DNA of 64,000 bases from Callorhinchus milii (GCF_018977255.1 NW_024704743.1:23686001-23750000); one strand, 5' to 3'. Positions 24,421-37,477 are shown, counted from the stretch's first letter. Translations and numbers: made by a program. The notes: a model not told the origin generated them from the sequence alone.

Positions 24421-25949
24421 ACGTTGCCTATTGCAACTCATAGCAACAAAAGAAGTCCATTATTGCTGAACAATGCACCTTGTGAGTAATGGGAGCCTCA
24501 GAATAGATATTTTTGTTCCTTGAGAGGTGTGTGATTCAATGACAGGCACCTCAAATCAGCACTTTAAAACAAATCAATGTGGACATCCTGCTGTGTACTT
24601 TTACACTGCAGTTAATGTGAGTGTCGGTGTTAATAGAGCATCTTTTATTGTTTGTAAAGGTTTTGCTTCACTTGCACTTAGCTGTAAAATGGACCATTAG
24701 GAATGTGTTTGTAGGCAGGCTCCTTTCCAGCTCCAGTGAGTCTTGGATAAGCTAATTTGTTTTAAGCACCAAAGCTTCAGCTCTTGGCATACTTTGAGCC
24801 TTGTAACCAAGGATGCCTGTGGGTCTGTCACAAACTCCTGAATCCTGCCAGTGACTGATGTGGCTGAAGAATTTGTACCAAGGCTGAAGGACTGCGGGGG
24901 CACATCAAGAGCTAATGAAAGCCTGTTCTGTTCTGTGAAAATTCGAATTCTGTACCTCATTCAAAAGCAGCTCGCACATTTGCAAAGCCTTCCATTTAGA
25001 CTGCAGATGGCCTAACTGACCGTAGGGAAAAAGACACTTGTTTGCTGCCAACGCAACTACACGATGCCTGTCCCAAGCCTCTTTGAGTCTTATTTTGTTG
25101 CATTAATAAAAGCTAAGGAAAATATCACTGAGAATGCACATTTTTAGTCAAACTTTTTGTTCACTTATTCCTTTGTGTTTTTCACTTGACCAGTTTTATG
25201 CTGAGATGTAGAGGGGTCAATAAGGAGGTGTAGAAATGTCTTGGGTGGGGTCTGGGTTGGAGTGGGAGGATGCAGGGAGTGAGTGGGATCCCTTGTCAGC
25301 ACCGTTTTTTGCAAAGAGTTGAGAGAGTCGCTAGCAGGACAAGGCATTGGATTGTTGGAGATCCATGATTTCCCTGGAGGCTCGAGACAGAAGAAACAAA
25401 TGAGCTGATGAATCCCTTGTTTTCTGACCTCTGCCAATGTTGCCCACCACAGTTCACAGGTAGTTTTCACCTCTGGAATCTGGAGCAGCCACAATTCAAG
25501 TATCAGGCTTTGTGCAATTAAACCCATTTATCACTAGAAGCAACAGGCTTTCCAAGTAGATTTTCTGATTTCTGGATACCCTTTCCTACTATAAACACGG
25601 TGTAGGACAGAGGTTATCCATTTGTGCCACAGCTGCAGAACACACAGTCACTACACTCTACAGTAAATCCTGTGATATGCTTTGGGATGCCCCGACTGCA
25701 TGATAAGATGCTATTTCAAATACCAAGGATTATTATTAAATTAATAAATTGTCCAGAGGTTTGGCTTGAGATCCGAACATAGCTTTTCTAATGAATAAAA
25801 CATATTGATAATCTTGATTACTTTAAATATTGATTGTTCCACATTCTGAGACATGGCAGACAGGGGAAATAAATGGAGTTTTGTTTTAAAAACAAACTTT
25901 CATTGTCTGACTTGCACTTTGGAAATTCCTAGTCACCGATCAGGTTTCG

Positions 25950-26210
25950 TCTTAAATGCCCAAGATAGCTCAGCTACTCTCTACTATGCCCATAATCTCT
26001 GGAATTCCCTTTCTCTACCCCTCTGCCTCACCCACTATTTATGTCATTAAATCTCGCCTTAAAAACTACCTTCCCTCTTCGACCGTGCCCATGGTCATCT
26101 CCCTCTCTCTTGTCTACCTTGCTCTGCAACCAACTCGAGTATCTTTGCAAAGTGCTCCGAGGTGATATCCTGCATGAAGGGCGCAATATAAATACAGGTT
26201 GTTATTGTGG
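25950..26210 (+). mobile_element. Old L2 3' fragment
   Basis: HNLWNSLSLPL and KSRLKNYL frames followed by a gaagggcgcaatataaata...gttgttatt tail. Confidence 0.75.
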
Positions 26211-27705
26211 GGAACCAAAATTAATCTTTATTCTTAATTGGGTCTGGCCAAAAGCTAGAGATAATTAATTCAAGCTTTTGTTTTCTTCAGTCCCTCTGTT
26301 TTTCTCAGTTTCCTCAGAAAGGAAAGTCTTAGGGCAGCCTATTGTAGAAGAAATTGCTCCATCAGGCGCAATTTATCTATGCAACCCTTTAGGAGCCAGC
26401 TCACAGCTGCTGAGTCGGAGACAACAGGCTCTCCTTCCCAGCATCTGCCAGGTCTTCTCCCATCCTAAATCACTCTAACAATAGCAATAATAATCATCCT
26501 TGTATTTGATATAACACCTTTCATGTCAGGAGGATGTCTCCAAGTGCTGCACAGCATGTACTGTAAAGTATAGTGACCTGTATTTTGTAAGCAAATGCAA
26601 ACAGCCAACTTGCGCGCAGTGCTATCCTCCAAACAACCATGAAGTGAAAGAACAATTGTTTCTGGGGAACTGTTGACCAGGACATGAGGTGAAAATCCCT
26701 ACAAGTCAACAGCTACTTAATATCTGTGCTGCTGATATAACAATACTGACAAAAGGAAGGTGGGGCATTGACTTATCTTCAGCACAATGGTTGCGTCGAA
26801 AGATTTCCCACTTACCATTGTTCATTTCCATCACCAATCATGAAACTTCTGGGCTGCTTCAAGGGAGACCAGTTTAACCCAATCAGTGTCCCGTGAAGAG
26901 GCACTCAAACAACAGCCTCTGGTTAGAAACAAGAATTGAGGCCACTTGCAGGAAACTAAGGCAGAGGCATACAATCTTAGAATCAACTACGGACTATCGA
27001 TATTGCTGAAGACAGGAGGAGGACGGTGAATGGGAGTGGGAATAGGATAGGAAATGGAGTGGGAATGGGATTGGGAGCTACGGGAGGTGGCACAGGGGAC
27101 AGGGAGTGAGGCGGAGAGTGGGAAGGCTTCACTCCCACAACCATTCTTTAGAAATGGATGGAAAACATGATGTTGCTTAACACATTAAAGAAATAATTTT
27201 GATCGTTCTCTGATCTGTTGTGAAACATTGCATTTTCCATTTCAGAGATTGTGCCCCAACATTTCAGTGACATTGGACACTTGGCAGCACACTCCTCTTT
27301 CTTCCAAAGGACAATTTTTGAACATCTAAGTAGGACATTTTTCTCTCTTGTACATTTTAGGCCCTTTGTTGGATTCAAAGTTTTTTTTTGTGTGAAATAT
27401 ATCTTTCCCAGATTTACTTAGGAGACCAAAATCTACATGCTCCTCGGTCAAAAAAANGTAATTTTGAAGCACTTTGAGAACATCCTTCTAACATGAAAGG
27501 TGCTGCATAAATATAAATGTAACTTGTTCTGTTGATTCTCAGTGATATTCTCCAGGTGGCAGCTCAACCTACCAGGCTGAACCCTGCAGTTTCTTCCTTT
27601 CCAACTACTTGCGCCCTTTATTTTGGATCTAAATTATCTTTCCCTCAATCGGGTTACTGATCAAACAAGATGTAGGAAGCTTGCCAGACAGTTCACTCAA
27701 TGCCA

Positions 27706-27905
27706 TTTTTTTTGGTGTCTGATACATGCAAAAGCCTATCAGCACGCATAAGAGTCCAAGAGTTTCATATACATATGCCACCTATACATGGAAACTTCCC
27801 TGTGTCTGGAATGGAGTATGCACAATCTCCCTGAAGAGATACATTTTGCTTACCTAATTCCAAAGAGTATTAGGCACAGGTTGGCGAGAGCTAAAGCTTG
27901 GGGTT
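27706..27905 (-). mobile_element. Unclassified A-tailed repeat family copy
   Basis: T-run then ggtgtctgatac...cctatacatggaaacttccctgtgtctggaatgg...gcttacctaattcc, the reverse complement of blocks at 9085-9165 and 37850-38000. Confidence 0.7.
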
Positions 27906-29831
27906 GAAGGGGGATTTAAGAGACTACTTAATTGTCTCAGTTATAAAGGGAGATATGTGTAGTCTTTTGTACTTTACACAGCTGTCAGTTTGAGGAAACC
28001 TGAGAGCAGGCAAGTGAGTGCAGTACTGCCCTTGTAGCCATGAGGCTGTACTCTGGTCATGAAATGAATGGATGGAGTTCCCGTTCCTAATACATGGAGA
28101 CGGCATTCTTCAATCTCCACATGATCGTGCTTCCCTCCCCCCTCGCTCACCATGTAATGAGATAACACTCTTTCTTCTCTCAGCTCCCCACCCACCACCC
28201 GGCTGCCATGTGCGCTGACGTTGATGTCATGCCCCCGGGAGGGAGGGCGAGAGGGTGAGCAGAGCATGGGGTGTGAATGTGTGGTGTTCCATTGGAGGTA
28301 GGTGTGGGAAACGCAGTTTTGATCTGTAGGATAGCAGCGTTACAACTTGTACGTTTGTTAACAAGTCTAGTGCAGGTCAATTTAAGTGGATTTAGAAGGA
28401 AATTCAACGGGACTGGGCAGATGACGACTTAGGTGATTATACGATTTATACAGATCAGACTTATGCGAGTTTTACTGTATCTTGATTTGTCTGCCGACTC
28501 AAACGCAAAGATTGTTTTTACTGTTCTCTTTGTTTGTGGCGGTGCTGCCTAGCTAGCACTGACTTGCCACAGAGGACATGTTACTCAGTTTTATTCTTGG
28601 ACTACATCAAATGCAAGGATTCAAGGATTATTATAGTTCACTTTATCAATAAACTCGGCCAGTTAATTTTTGAAACTTGTTAGCTCTGCATTTGAGAACA
28701 GACTAAAAAAAATCTTTTTTCCCTGCTTTTTAAAAAAAATGTATATGCACTGCCTCTGAGTCTCTGTGCATTATGAATAATTTCCTAGCTGAGAGGAGAA
28801 GGGCAAATCAGCCTGTTCTGAGGCCTCATCCTCTGCTGCTTTTGAAGTAGGCTCCAGGGTGCTGAGATGCACAAGAACTAATGTGGTTTGACTCGCTCTC
28901 TGCTTTGCCTTCCGAGGGGATGACCTGATAGCCTCCCCTGGGATCCCCAATGATAATGGAAACACGGGGAAGTGCGAGGGGGAGAAAAAACAAGCCCGAA
29001 CACTCTGGACTGCAATACACCAGTATCCAGTGTCCAACGTTTCTGGCATCTCCATTGTAACAGCTGTAAAGAAAAAAAGAAAGATTATAAAATGTTTGAA
29101 CTCCCACAAATGAACGCAGGGAGTAAAGTTTGTGCTTGATGCGTACCCCCTGACCTCTCTATGCCACCATCGGTGGCCAAGACTAACCTCTGGAACTCCC
29201 CCACCATCCCCTCACATCTCCCCCCTTGCTTAGCGACTGACTCGATCGTTGTAAAGCATGACATTATACTACGCGAAGGGTGCTATTTCAATACAAGTTG
29301 TTATTGTTTGTTGGGAATTCTAGTAGGGTTCCTTTAAGGAATCTGATAACAAAATATCGCAAATTAGATCTCTTCTTTCGATTCACTCCTGTGCTTTAGA
29401 GTAAAGGTATTCTCAACCCAGTGATCACATGCCTTTGACCACATGCCATCTCAATGTTGGGCCACAGAACTTGAAGAAGTGGTGTCAGAGAAACATTCTC
29501 GGGTGAGAAAGTCTTCTGAGGACTGAAATGGGCAAGGTTTTTCATGACAGTTTATAGCACAAATGGTCTAAGCTCCTGTTTCCTCCCTGGAGTACAATGT
29601 GTGTACTGTAAGGGCTGAAACTCCAGTCGGTGTTCCGGGTAGTGTGATTATAATGGAGAAATCCCATTAGAAACCAAAAATATCAATGTCGCTACTTAGA
29701 TCACTGACTGGAATTTAAACTCTGGTGTGCGAATTGCATTTAGGGACATCCTGGCATTGGAGAAGGTGGATAGTTGGACGACTATATTGGTAATTGAAGT
29801 GAAGCACTGACCCAGAAGGACAGGCTGTAGA

Positions 29832-30100
29832 AAATAATAATAATAATCCTTTCATTTGATATAGCGTTTTCACATCTTCTAGACGTCTCAAAGCGCTTCA
29901 TAGAATAGACTGTAAAGTGAATTGACGGTATATTTGTGGGCGAAATGCGGCAGCCAAATTGTGCACAGCATATTCCAAAAACAGTCGTGGATTGAAGTGA
30001 CCAACTTATTATTGTTTGTTTTTCTTGAGGGATTATTATTAGGCGTGTAAGGAAACTTGCCCAAGGTTTCGCCCTGCCAGGAATCAAACCCAGGTTTCTC
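29832..30100 (-). mobile_element. tRNA-derived SINE, short subfamily, head truncated
   Basis: High similarity to 30167-30490 and 43375-43697. Confidence 0.9.
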
Positions 30101-30166
30101 TCTCAAAAATCGAATTGTTTACACTAGACAAAAGAAGGGGTAAAATATTCCAGATCCTATATGCTG

Positions 30167-30490
30167 TAATAATAATAATAATAATCCTTGCATTTGATAT
30201 AGTGCTTTTCACGTCGGGAGGACGTCCCAAAGCGCTTCACAGAACACACTGTAAAGTGAATTGACTGTATATTTGTGGGCGAACGCGGCAGCCAATTGCG
30301 CACAGCATTGTCCCACAAACAGTCGTAGATTGAAAATGACCAATTTAATTATTGTTTTTGTTTTTTTTGGAGGGATTATTATTAGGCATGTGGAGTAAGG
30401 AAACTTGCCCAAGGTTTCGCCCTGCCTGGAATTGAACTCAGGTCTCTCACTTGCAAAGCGAGTGCTCTAACCACTGAGCTACAGGACTCC
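30167..30490 (-). mobile_element. Full-length young tRNA-Ala-derived SINE, short subfamily
   Basis: Head GGAGTCCTGTAGCTCAGTGGTTAGAGCACTCGCTTTGCAAGTGAGAGACCTGAGTTCAATTCCAGGCAG is identical to that of the 43375 copy; (ATT)n tail. Confidence 0.95.
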
Positions 30491-31322
30491 AATGTACATA
30501 ATAGATCTATGCTGGTTACCCTGGGTCCAGCATTGATCTGTACTCTAAGAAATAAAGAGCTCAAACTTGGAGCTGGGGGCATCGGGAGAACTTTAATAAT
30601 ATTGCCCTATATTCAATATTTATTACATTATTTATACTATGATGGGCCGCTGGACATTCTGTGAAGCTGAGTGTGAGAAATTGCAATCATGGTGTCCGAG
30701 TGCTAGTTGGCAGGATTCTGGCAACTCTTGAGTTTTTCTTTGCCTACTCGGTACACTGCTAATTGACATTCGAACGTCCCAACCCGAAGGTCGTGATCCG
30801 GCTGCTCAGCAGCCATTATTGCAAACAGTGTCAGAGGGTCAGCCTGCAACACATCCATTGGATGTGATAAATGGCAAATGTATTGCTAAATTGACCTTCA
30901 GTGTCGACAATTTCAGATGGTAATTAGGTGGGTGTTAGTATAGCGAGGCGATCAAGGAGGCATGAGAAATGGTGCGCTGTGCAATGATGCTTTATAACAG
31001 TGGTGGCCAACCTGTGGCCCGTGGGACCGTTAAGAAGCGCTCACTCCACCCCTGAATATTCGCAGGAGTCGAGGTAAGTCAGTGTCCAATCGTTAATGTA
31101 TTTTTAGTATTTTCATGAATTCATATTTCTTGATTTGTGTGCGATTAGGGTTCTGGGAGCAAAACTGACACGGCAGCATCACTGTGCGGTCCCTGGCAGC
31201 CATGTTGTTTGCCAGTCACGTGTGGTGTGCGATGTCAGAAGGATGCAACACAAGCCGAGCAGTGCCAGCACGGTTCACCAAGCAATCCGTCACACTGTGC
31301 CGGGAGTCTTAAAAGAGACAGC

Positions 31323-31349
31323 GTGTGTGTGTCTGTGTGTGTGTGTGTG
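31323..31349. repeat. (GT)n microsatellite
   Basis: gtgtgtgtgtctgtgtgtgtgtgtgtg. Confidence 0.9.
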
Positions 31350-31769
31350 ACAAGAGAGCAAGAGCCTTGTGCATTTATATAAACCTGTGCAGATTGAGAC
31401 TGATTGTTGGGATGTGCTGTGGTCGGGGTGGTGGGGGGGGGAGGGGGGCGGCTGTTGAGACAGGGACAACACAATGCTTGGTATGCAGCGACGGCAAGCA
31501 AGGTGGGACCCTTTGTCTGCGTGATCTATTTCTTACTTTGCTGGTTTGCATCAGCCAGAATGCACAGAGTCGATACTCTTTTCAACTTCAATTTATTATT
31601 CCTAAACCAAAGATCTGAAATGCAGCATTAACAGCAAACCTTCCCCACTGGAGCGTTTAAGCTGCTTCAGGGAGTGGGAGTGGAAAGGGGTGGGGGTGGG
31701 GGGTGGGGGTTGGAGGGGCAGACGTAAATTCCACAACTTCAGCATTTCTTTGAAGGTATAGATTTCTGC

Positions 31770-32450
31770 GCTTATTGCACCGGGGTCCTATCTTTGCACA
31801 GCATCTCAAGTTTTACATCACGGAGCTGCCCTTTCACCGCGGTACGCGCGGCGCTGCCTCAGGAATAGGAAAGTTAAGAGTCCTGATCGGAAAATCGCAG
31901 GATTCGGCTCTGCAGCTACTGAGGAGGCCCTTTTGTGATGAAATGTTGCATAAATAATGCCAACGAGGGTCGAAATTCAGTGGTTGCCATAGGGACCTTT
32001 GTGCCTGGGTGAACAACTCCATTCTGCAACGCTTGGAAGACTGCTCGCAGTCCAGCTCCCTGCACTGGGCTGGCTTTTGCTCACGAGTGGCAAAAGTTGC
32101 TCGCTCGATGGAAGGAATGTTAACTTGGGGGGACTCGGAGCGGTGCTGTTTCGCTGTGCGCGTAGCATGGTCCGCGTTCAGGTACCGATGTTCGACTGTT
32201 CTCCGCTCGCACTGCGTATTCGGACAGAGGCGGCTTTGACTTTCCTCGCCAGCTCCTGTGAATGGGGAGGATGGGGGGGGGGGTGGGGGAGGGCGCTTTG
32301 TCCTCCTGTTGTCTGGGTGAAGCCGGAGCTGACTGCACTTTTTATGGAGGGTGGAGGGAAGGGCGAAATAGATTCCCCCCCCCCCCCCCAAAAAAAAATC
32401 TTTACATACCTAGCGCTCCTGTTCACTTAAGTTAACTTTCCAGGCGCAGC
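31770..32450 (+). promoter_or_regulatory. CpG-rich island, candidate internal (intronic) CTNND2 promoter
   Basis: Marked local CpG enrichment in non-repeat DNA. CATAAATA (31949-31956) lies about 30 nt upstream of Inr-like TCAGT (31977-31981). G-runs flank the island. Confidence 0.65.
32167..32181 (+). CDS. CTNND2: Candidate coding part of an alternative first exon (MVRVQ), spliced in phase 0 to the 40448 exon
   Basis: agcATGG strong Kozak context (A-3, G+4); ATG GTC CGC GTT CAG|gtaccg donor; phase matches the 40448 acceptor; in-frame upstream TAG at 31990. Confidence 0.55.
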
Positions 32451-34044
32451 TTTGTATTGTATAAATGGAATGTTGTTGTTGTTGTTGTACTGACTCCGGG
32501 AGGAGATGGAGCCGAGCCTTTTTTTTTCTTAATTCCCTTTTCAGAAGGGTCACAGCATGCGTGTGGGAATGTAGGGCTGAAATGTACTTGTGGAGCTGTG
32601 CTGCGGTGAATCCGTTCTCCGTGCAGATCTTACGGTCAGAATCAGAAAGGAGAGAGGAGGTCGTGTCTGGAAATCAATATTGTCTTCCTGCCCCTCTGAT
32701 AAGTGGGTCTGGGGACCTGTCTGCTCAGATTTTGGCGCCAGGCCCACTGGAGCTTTCTGCCATGAGTTCGAGTGTCTCGAAGCCCCAATGGGATAGGGAG
32801 CAAATGTGCTGTTGCTGATAGTTTTGAGGGAAATAGAAAAAAACTAAGTGCACTTTTTAACAGCTGCATATTATTTGTAACCTTTCTGTGCTGAAGAGCT
32901 GTTACAGTGCTGAGCGTTAATGTGTGCTGTAAGCGTGCGTGTCTGGAGTCTTCCCCAGGATCATCTTTCTGTCGTCGTAATATCCCAAGTGATCAACAAG
33001 AGTTGCTGTCGTATCAAGAGCTGCCCTATTTGAAAAGCAGGATTTTAACATGCAAGTTAGGATCGTGGCAAAGAGAGTCACCACGGGAGTCATTTTACTT
33101 GAAGGGCTTTGATAATGCTGGAGCTTCAAAGAGTCATCTGCGGGAGACAATGAGGCTTTGAGATTTTATGGTGGCATAGCAAAGGGTCAAAACTGCGATC
33201 ATGGAAAGGGAGCTTAGGGCCAGGGAAGAGACGTGAGACCTGGAACAGGGAGGGAAAAGTCCCAAGAAACGAGGGGAACTTCAAAGCTGAATTTGCGGTT
33301 TCAACCTCCTTAGAAAACTGAACAAAGCCTCAAGGCTTTTGAGTGTGCAGTTCAGCTTCAGTTTGACCGTCGGTAAATATTTACCTGTTCTATTATTCCG
33401 CTTGTGCTTTCGTTCAGTTTTTTTTAAGAGCTTACTTTGTTTTATTTTACTTCATGTTTACTGTGCAAAGTTGTGTAACGTTCCTTTAAATTGTGAGATG
33501 TGGCAATGTGATGACTCATGTGTTTTAGAGGTTTAAAATGTAGCTCTATGTAGTTGGTGTATCAGAAGAAAGATGGAATGACTTGTGTGCCTTGTAAGGC
33601 TTGTAAAATCAACTCTTATCTCAGGGCTAGGTGTCAGGATAATTGAAAATGTGGTACCTGAATCCACTGTTTGTGGGACATTGCTGTTACCAAGGTACCA
33701 GCTCTGCATTACACAGTGTCATCATTCATGATGAAAAGAATATTTGGTGGTGCACAGGCGTAGTGCCAGAGCAAGTCTTTGATTTTAGAAATTAGGAGTC
33801 TTGTTAGTCATTGGGGATTCCCAACCCACTCACTCAGTTTCATTCATATCCATCTTAATTATAATAATCCTTACATTTGATATAGAGCTTTTCACTTCAG
33901 GAGGACGTCTCGTAATGCATCCCAGGAAAATTTTTAAAGTGCATCGACTGTATTTTTGTAGACTCCCTATAATGTTCATCATTTTAATTCTAATTATCTT
34001 TTAGCTAAACATAGTGAACGAATCAAAATAGACTGATATTTGAA

Positions 34045-34550
34045 AACATTTGTGGAACATTGCTGTGTCCAAATTGGTTGATGCACCCACCTATAAAATA
34101 CAGTCACTCCACTTTATAGTATATCCTTAAAGCCTTTGAGGTGTCCTCGTGATGTGAAAGGCACAGTATCAAATGTAAGGATTATTTTAATAACAATAAT
34201 CCTTGCATTTGATTTAGTGCCTGAGCACGTCGTTGAGAAGGTCTCAAGGTGCTTCACAGCATATATTGTAAAGTGGATTGACTGTGTATTTTGTGGGCGA
34301 TTTGTGACAGCCAATTGCGACAGCAGTATTCCACAAACAGTGGATTGAGGTACCACATTTTTTTTGGAGGGTATATTACCCCTCCGAAAGCAATCCGCCA
34401 ATCGACTAACAACTGAGTTCCTACTTACTGCTAGGTAAACAGAGACTTCTGGAGTAAGAAACTTGCCTAAGGTTTTGCCCCAGCCGGGAATTGAACCTGG
34501 GTCCTCTTGCTTGCGAAGCAAGTGCAATAATCACTATGCTTCGGGACTCC
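34045..34550. mobile_element. Tail-to-tail SINE pair: 3' half (+, 34045-34190) and full-length long-subfamily copy (-, 34190-34550)
   Basis: atcaaatgtaaggattatt-ttaataac-aataatccttgcatttgat junction; head ends at ...gggactcc (34550). Confidence 0.88.
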
Positions 34551-34786
34551 AATTATAATTAATAACAAACAAACAAACAAACAAACATTTGAGTTTGGAA
34601 ACAGAATGGTTTTAATTCTGTTTAATCAGTACTTTGAAGAGATGAATTTTGGACTTTTTTCAGTCAAGTTCTTCAGTGAAACAACTCCGCTGAACATTAC
34701 CATCCACGGTTAATGGAGACCACAGTTGATCCATAGACCTTTAGTAGATTCAAAGCACGTAAGAGGTGATGTGGTAGAGTGGGGGT

Positions 34787-35135
34787 TCTTTTTTGGTCAG
34801 TCGGGGCTCTGGCACATGTGGAAACCCATCACCAGCTTAAGAGTATCCAAACCAAATTGAGAATTCCATTCATCCCACCTACACATGGAAATTCCAGAGA
34901 TAGATGTTGGAATGGAATGAGCAATCCGGAAAGTATTAGGCGCAGGTTGGCAAGAGCCAAGGCTTGTGCGCTCGGGTACTGCTGGAGTCTAACCAGCTAA
35001 AGACGCATAGCTTGCCATTGATATTGCTGTCTGGCAAGCTTTCCCGCTGCTTGTCCAGCTAGGACCACCCTACACGTTAGGGCTTTGGCTTACGTGGGAT
35101 AACTAAGTGGGATAACTCCCTCTCCCCAGTGACTG
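34787..35135 (-). mobile_element. Unclassified A-tailed repeat family copy
   Basis: ttttttggtcag end; the + strand reads GVLLESN...SGKLSRCL (RT-like). Confidence 0.72.
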
Positions 35136-35329
35136 GTTCATAAAATTCGATTCCACATTATGAGGTCCATAAAACAATGGCCATTCGTCTTACTTGCAGG
35201 TCATCAGGTCACCACCAATGTTACTTCCGGTTTCCAGCACAGACTGTCGGCCACAACCTCTCTCGCAAGAGCTTCCGGTGCGAGAAATGCTGGAACTTGT
35301 TGCTTGAGCTTTTCCACCCCAAATTTTAT

Positions 35330-35740
35330 CCAATTTTGCATTTTTGTATCAATCAGCCTCTCAGTTCACCCGAAATCTTGGCAAGGGCTTTGATGTTAAA
35401 GAGAATTGAAAAAGTTTGCCGAAACTTTGAAAGTTGTTGATAGTGCTCATGAAATCACACCATTGTATTGAGCAGAATATCAATGTCGACTTTGAATTTC
35501 TCTTTGGGATTCTGCCTCGGCTCATCTTCTCCCTCTTACTCAAATAGCTGCTTCACTCACTGGGCTTTTCTTTGAACAATTCAGATGGGAAATCCAGTTC
35601 TTTCACTGATTCACAAGCATGATCCAGGGCATACAGAAACACATTCTCTCGATGCTTCTGCTACTTATGCCCTGAGTAACGTCACAGAAGCAGAGATGCA
35701 ATAGTTTTCTGGCAAGGTTCATTTCATTAACCCATTGCTC
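35330..35740 (-). pseudogene. Decayed hAT-superfamily transposase fragment (ZMYM1/Tip100-like)
   Basis: Minus strand with stops and frameshifts: VNEMNLARKLL...ELDFPSELF...QLFE*EGEDEPRQNPKEKFKVD...QQLSKFRQTFSILFNIKAL, resembling the FxYEGxDE..PKEKFKV..ERFxQL region of hAT transposases. Confidence 0.55.
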
Positions 35741-35744
35741 ACCA

Positions 35745-36075
35745 CATTAAAGCAACATGAGGCAGCAATAAACAAGGCAAACCGAATGCTTGGCTGCAGG
35801 TAAAAGTCATCCCACTTCACAGTAAATCCTGTGAAGTGCTTTGGGATGTTCTTCCGATGTGAAAGGCGCTATACCAAATGCAAGGATTAATATTATTACA
35901 TTCCTAAATGAGTTGAATTCAGGGGACGCAGAAGCCATGTTCAAGCTCAGAGTACACCCAGGATTGCTCGTGTAATTCTGGTCGCTGCAACATGTTTGGG
36001 GCTATCCAGGCCCCAGAGATAGAGTAGAGGAGAACAACAAGGCTGATTTTCTCAGTGAGACAAGAGGAATTATGC
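35745..36075 (+). mobile_element. CR1 RT C-terminal fragment interrupted by a SINE tail (about 35800-35898)
   Basis: AAINKANRMLGC frame before the insertion; ttctggtcg and ..agaggagaacaacaaggctgatt (QRRATRLI-like) after it. Confidence 0.65.
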
Positions 36076-36294
36076 TCCTGCAAAAATTACACTGTATCAA
36101 ACAACATGTCTTACAATATATTAGCACTGTTGAACCAGTATCACCCGAGTATCAGTGTACAATGGTATTCACAGCTTCTGCTGAGGCAAAACAGAAACTC
36201 AGTCAGCTGATAGGGAAAAGTTGTCTGACCTGTGGTGGTCCACCCAATGATATTCCCAATGCGTTATTGAAGGTTTCACGGCCAAGTTGACATC

Positions 36295-36595
36295 CTAACC
36301 CCCTGCCAACTTGCCTGTTCCCTCCGTTCAGTGGGCTCCAGCCTGCTTTACGTCCCCTGCCTTGCCTTCAGTGACTCTGCCCCCACCCTCTGGAACTCCA
36401 TTCCGCGGTCCCTCCGCCTCGCCTGCTTCAAGACCTTCCTCATTGACCATGCCTTCGGTCACTCTCCTTCCCCCAGCCCCCCTGCCCTCCCCGATCCCGA
36501 CCCCCAGCTCGGGTCCGAAACACTGATTGTGCAGCACCTTGGGTGTGCACAATGTGAAAGGTGCTATACAAATATTATTTTATTATTGTTGAACA
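36295..36595 (+). mobile_element. L2 3' fragment
   Basis: SSLLYVP...AFSDSAPTLWNSIP...FKTFLIDHAF; 3' UTR matches the 574-700 copy. Confidence 0.88.
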
Positions 36596-37299
36596 AGTGA
36601 GAAGAAATCAAGCTTTACAGAGCTTCTGTAAACAGCCATAAAATGACCTGTCGCTAGTGGAAGAGAAGAATTCCATCACTCCACAAGCATTCTCAGGCTA
36701 TGACAGACATATGGTGCATCAAGTGCTCCACTTTGTATTTATTTCACTGATTTGAGCCAGCACCTCAGCTCATTCTCTTCATATCACTTCCATTATCGTG
36801 GCCTTGACCATGGCAGATGGCAGTCGTTTATGTCCAAATTGTGCTCCTTCAGGGTTGAAGAAAATGCCTGTCAGACCTTGATCTGTTGTGTAATTCGTTC
36901 AAGATTCCCCTAGGAACTCTAATTTGATGGTTCCTGAATCTTCAGAAGTGTATACAAATCTAACAAGTACTGACATATGCTTTTAGTGTCTTATGTCTGG
37001 AGCCCAGGGCAACCAAGGTCACCTTATATTGCTTTTTTTTTGATTAGGTTCATAATTGTTTTTATATTACCAGAAATTTCAGAGATGAATTGAGCAATTT
37101 TATTTTTAACTAAATAGTGGTTGAATATTTTATTATCTTGCAAAGATGCTCAGCCTTGAGTACCTTGAGTAGAATGCACTGCAATCTGTTTGTTTAGCAG
37201 AGGCAGTGCAGAGTTCTTGCTGAGGGTGGTATTATGCAGAGTGGGACTCTCGGGGATCCCACTGATCTTCACCAATGTCTTCCTGGCACAGAGGAACCC

Positions 37300-37445
37300 C
37301 ATTATAGCCAACTAACAACCGGGTTCCTACTCACTTCTAGGTAAACAGAAATGTGTGGTGAAAGGAAACTTGCATAATAAAGGGGATTGAACCCGAGCCT
37401 CTCACTTGCTAGATGAGTGAACTAACCATTAAGCTATGGGACTCT
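37300..37445 (-). mobile_element. SINE 5' half, long subfamily
   Basis: Reverse-complement tRNA head and the actaacaaccgggttcctact insert. Confidence 0.75.
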
Positions 37446-37477
37446 TCCTAGTGGGGGGGATGGGAGGTAAGCGTGGT

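Noticed and set aside
31834..32430. Long overlapping ORFs (185 aa minus, 143 aa plus)
   Set aside because: Expected in GC-rich, stop-poor island DNA; low-complexity G/P runs and no recognisable homology.
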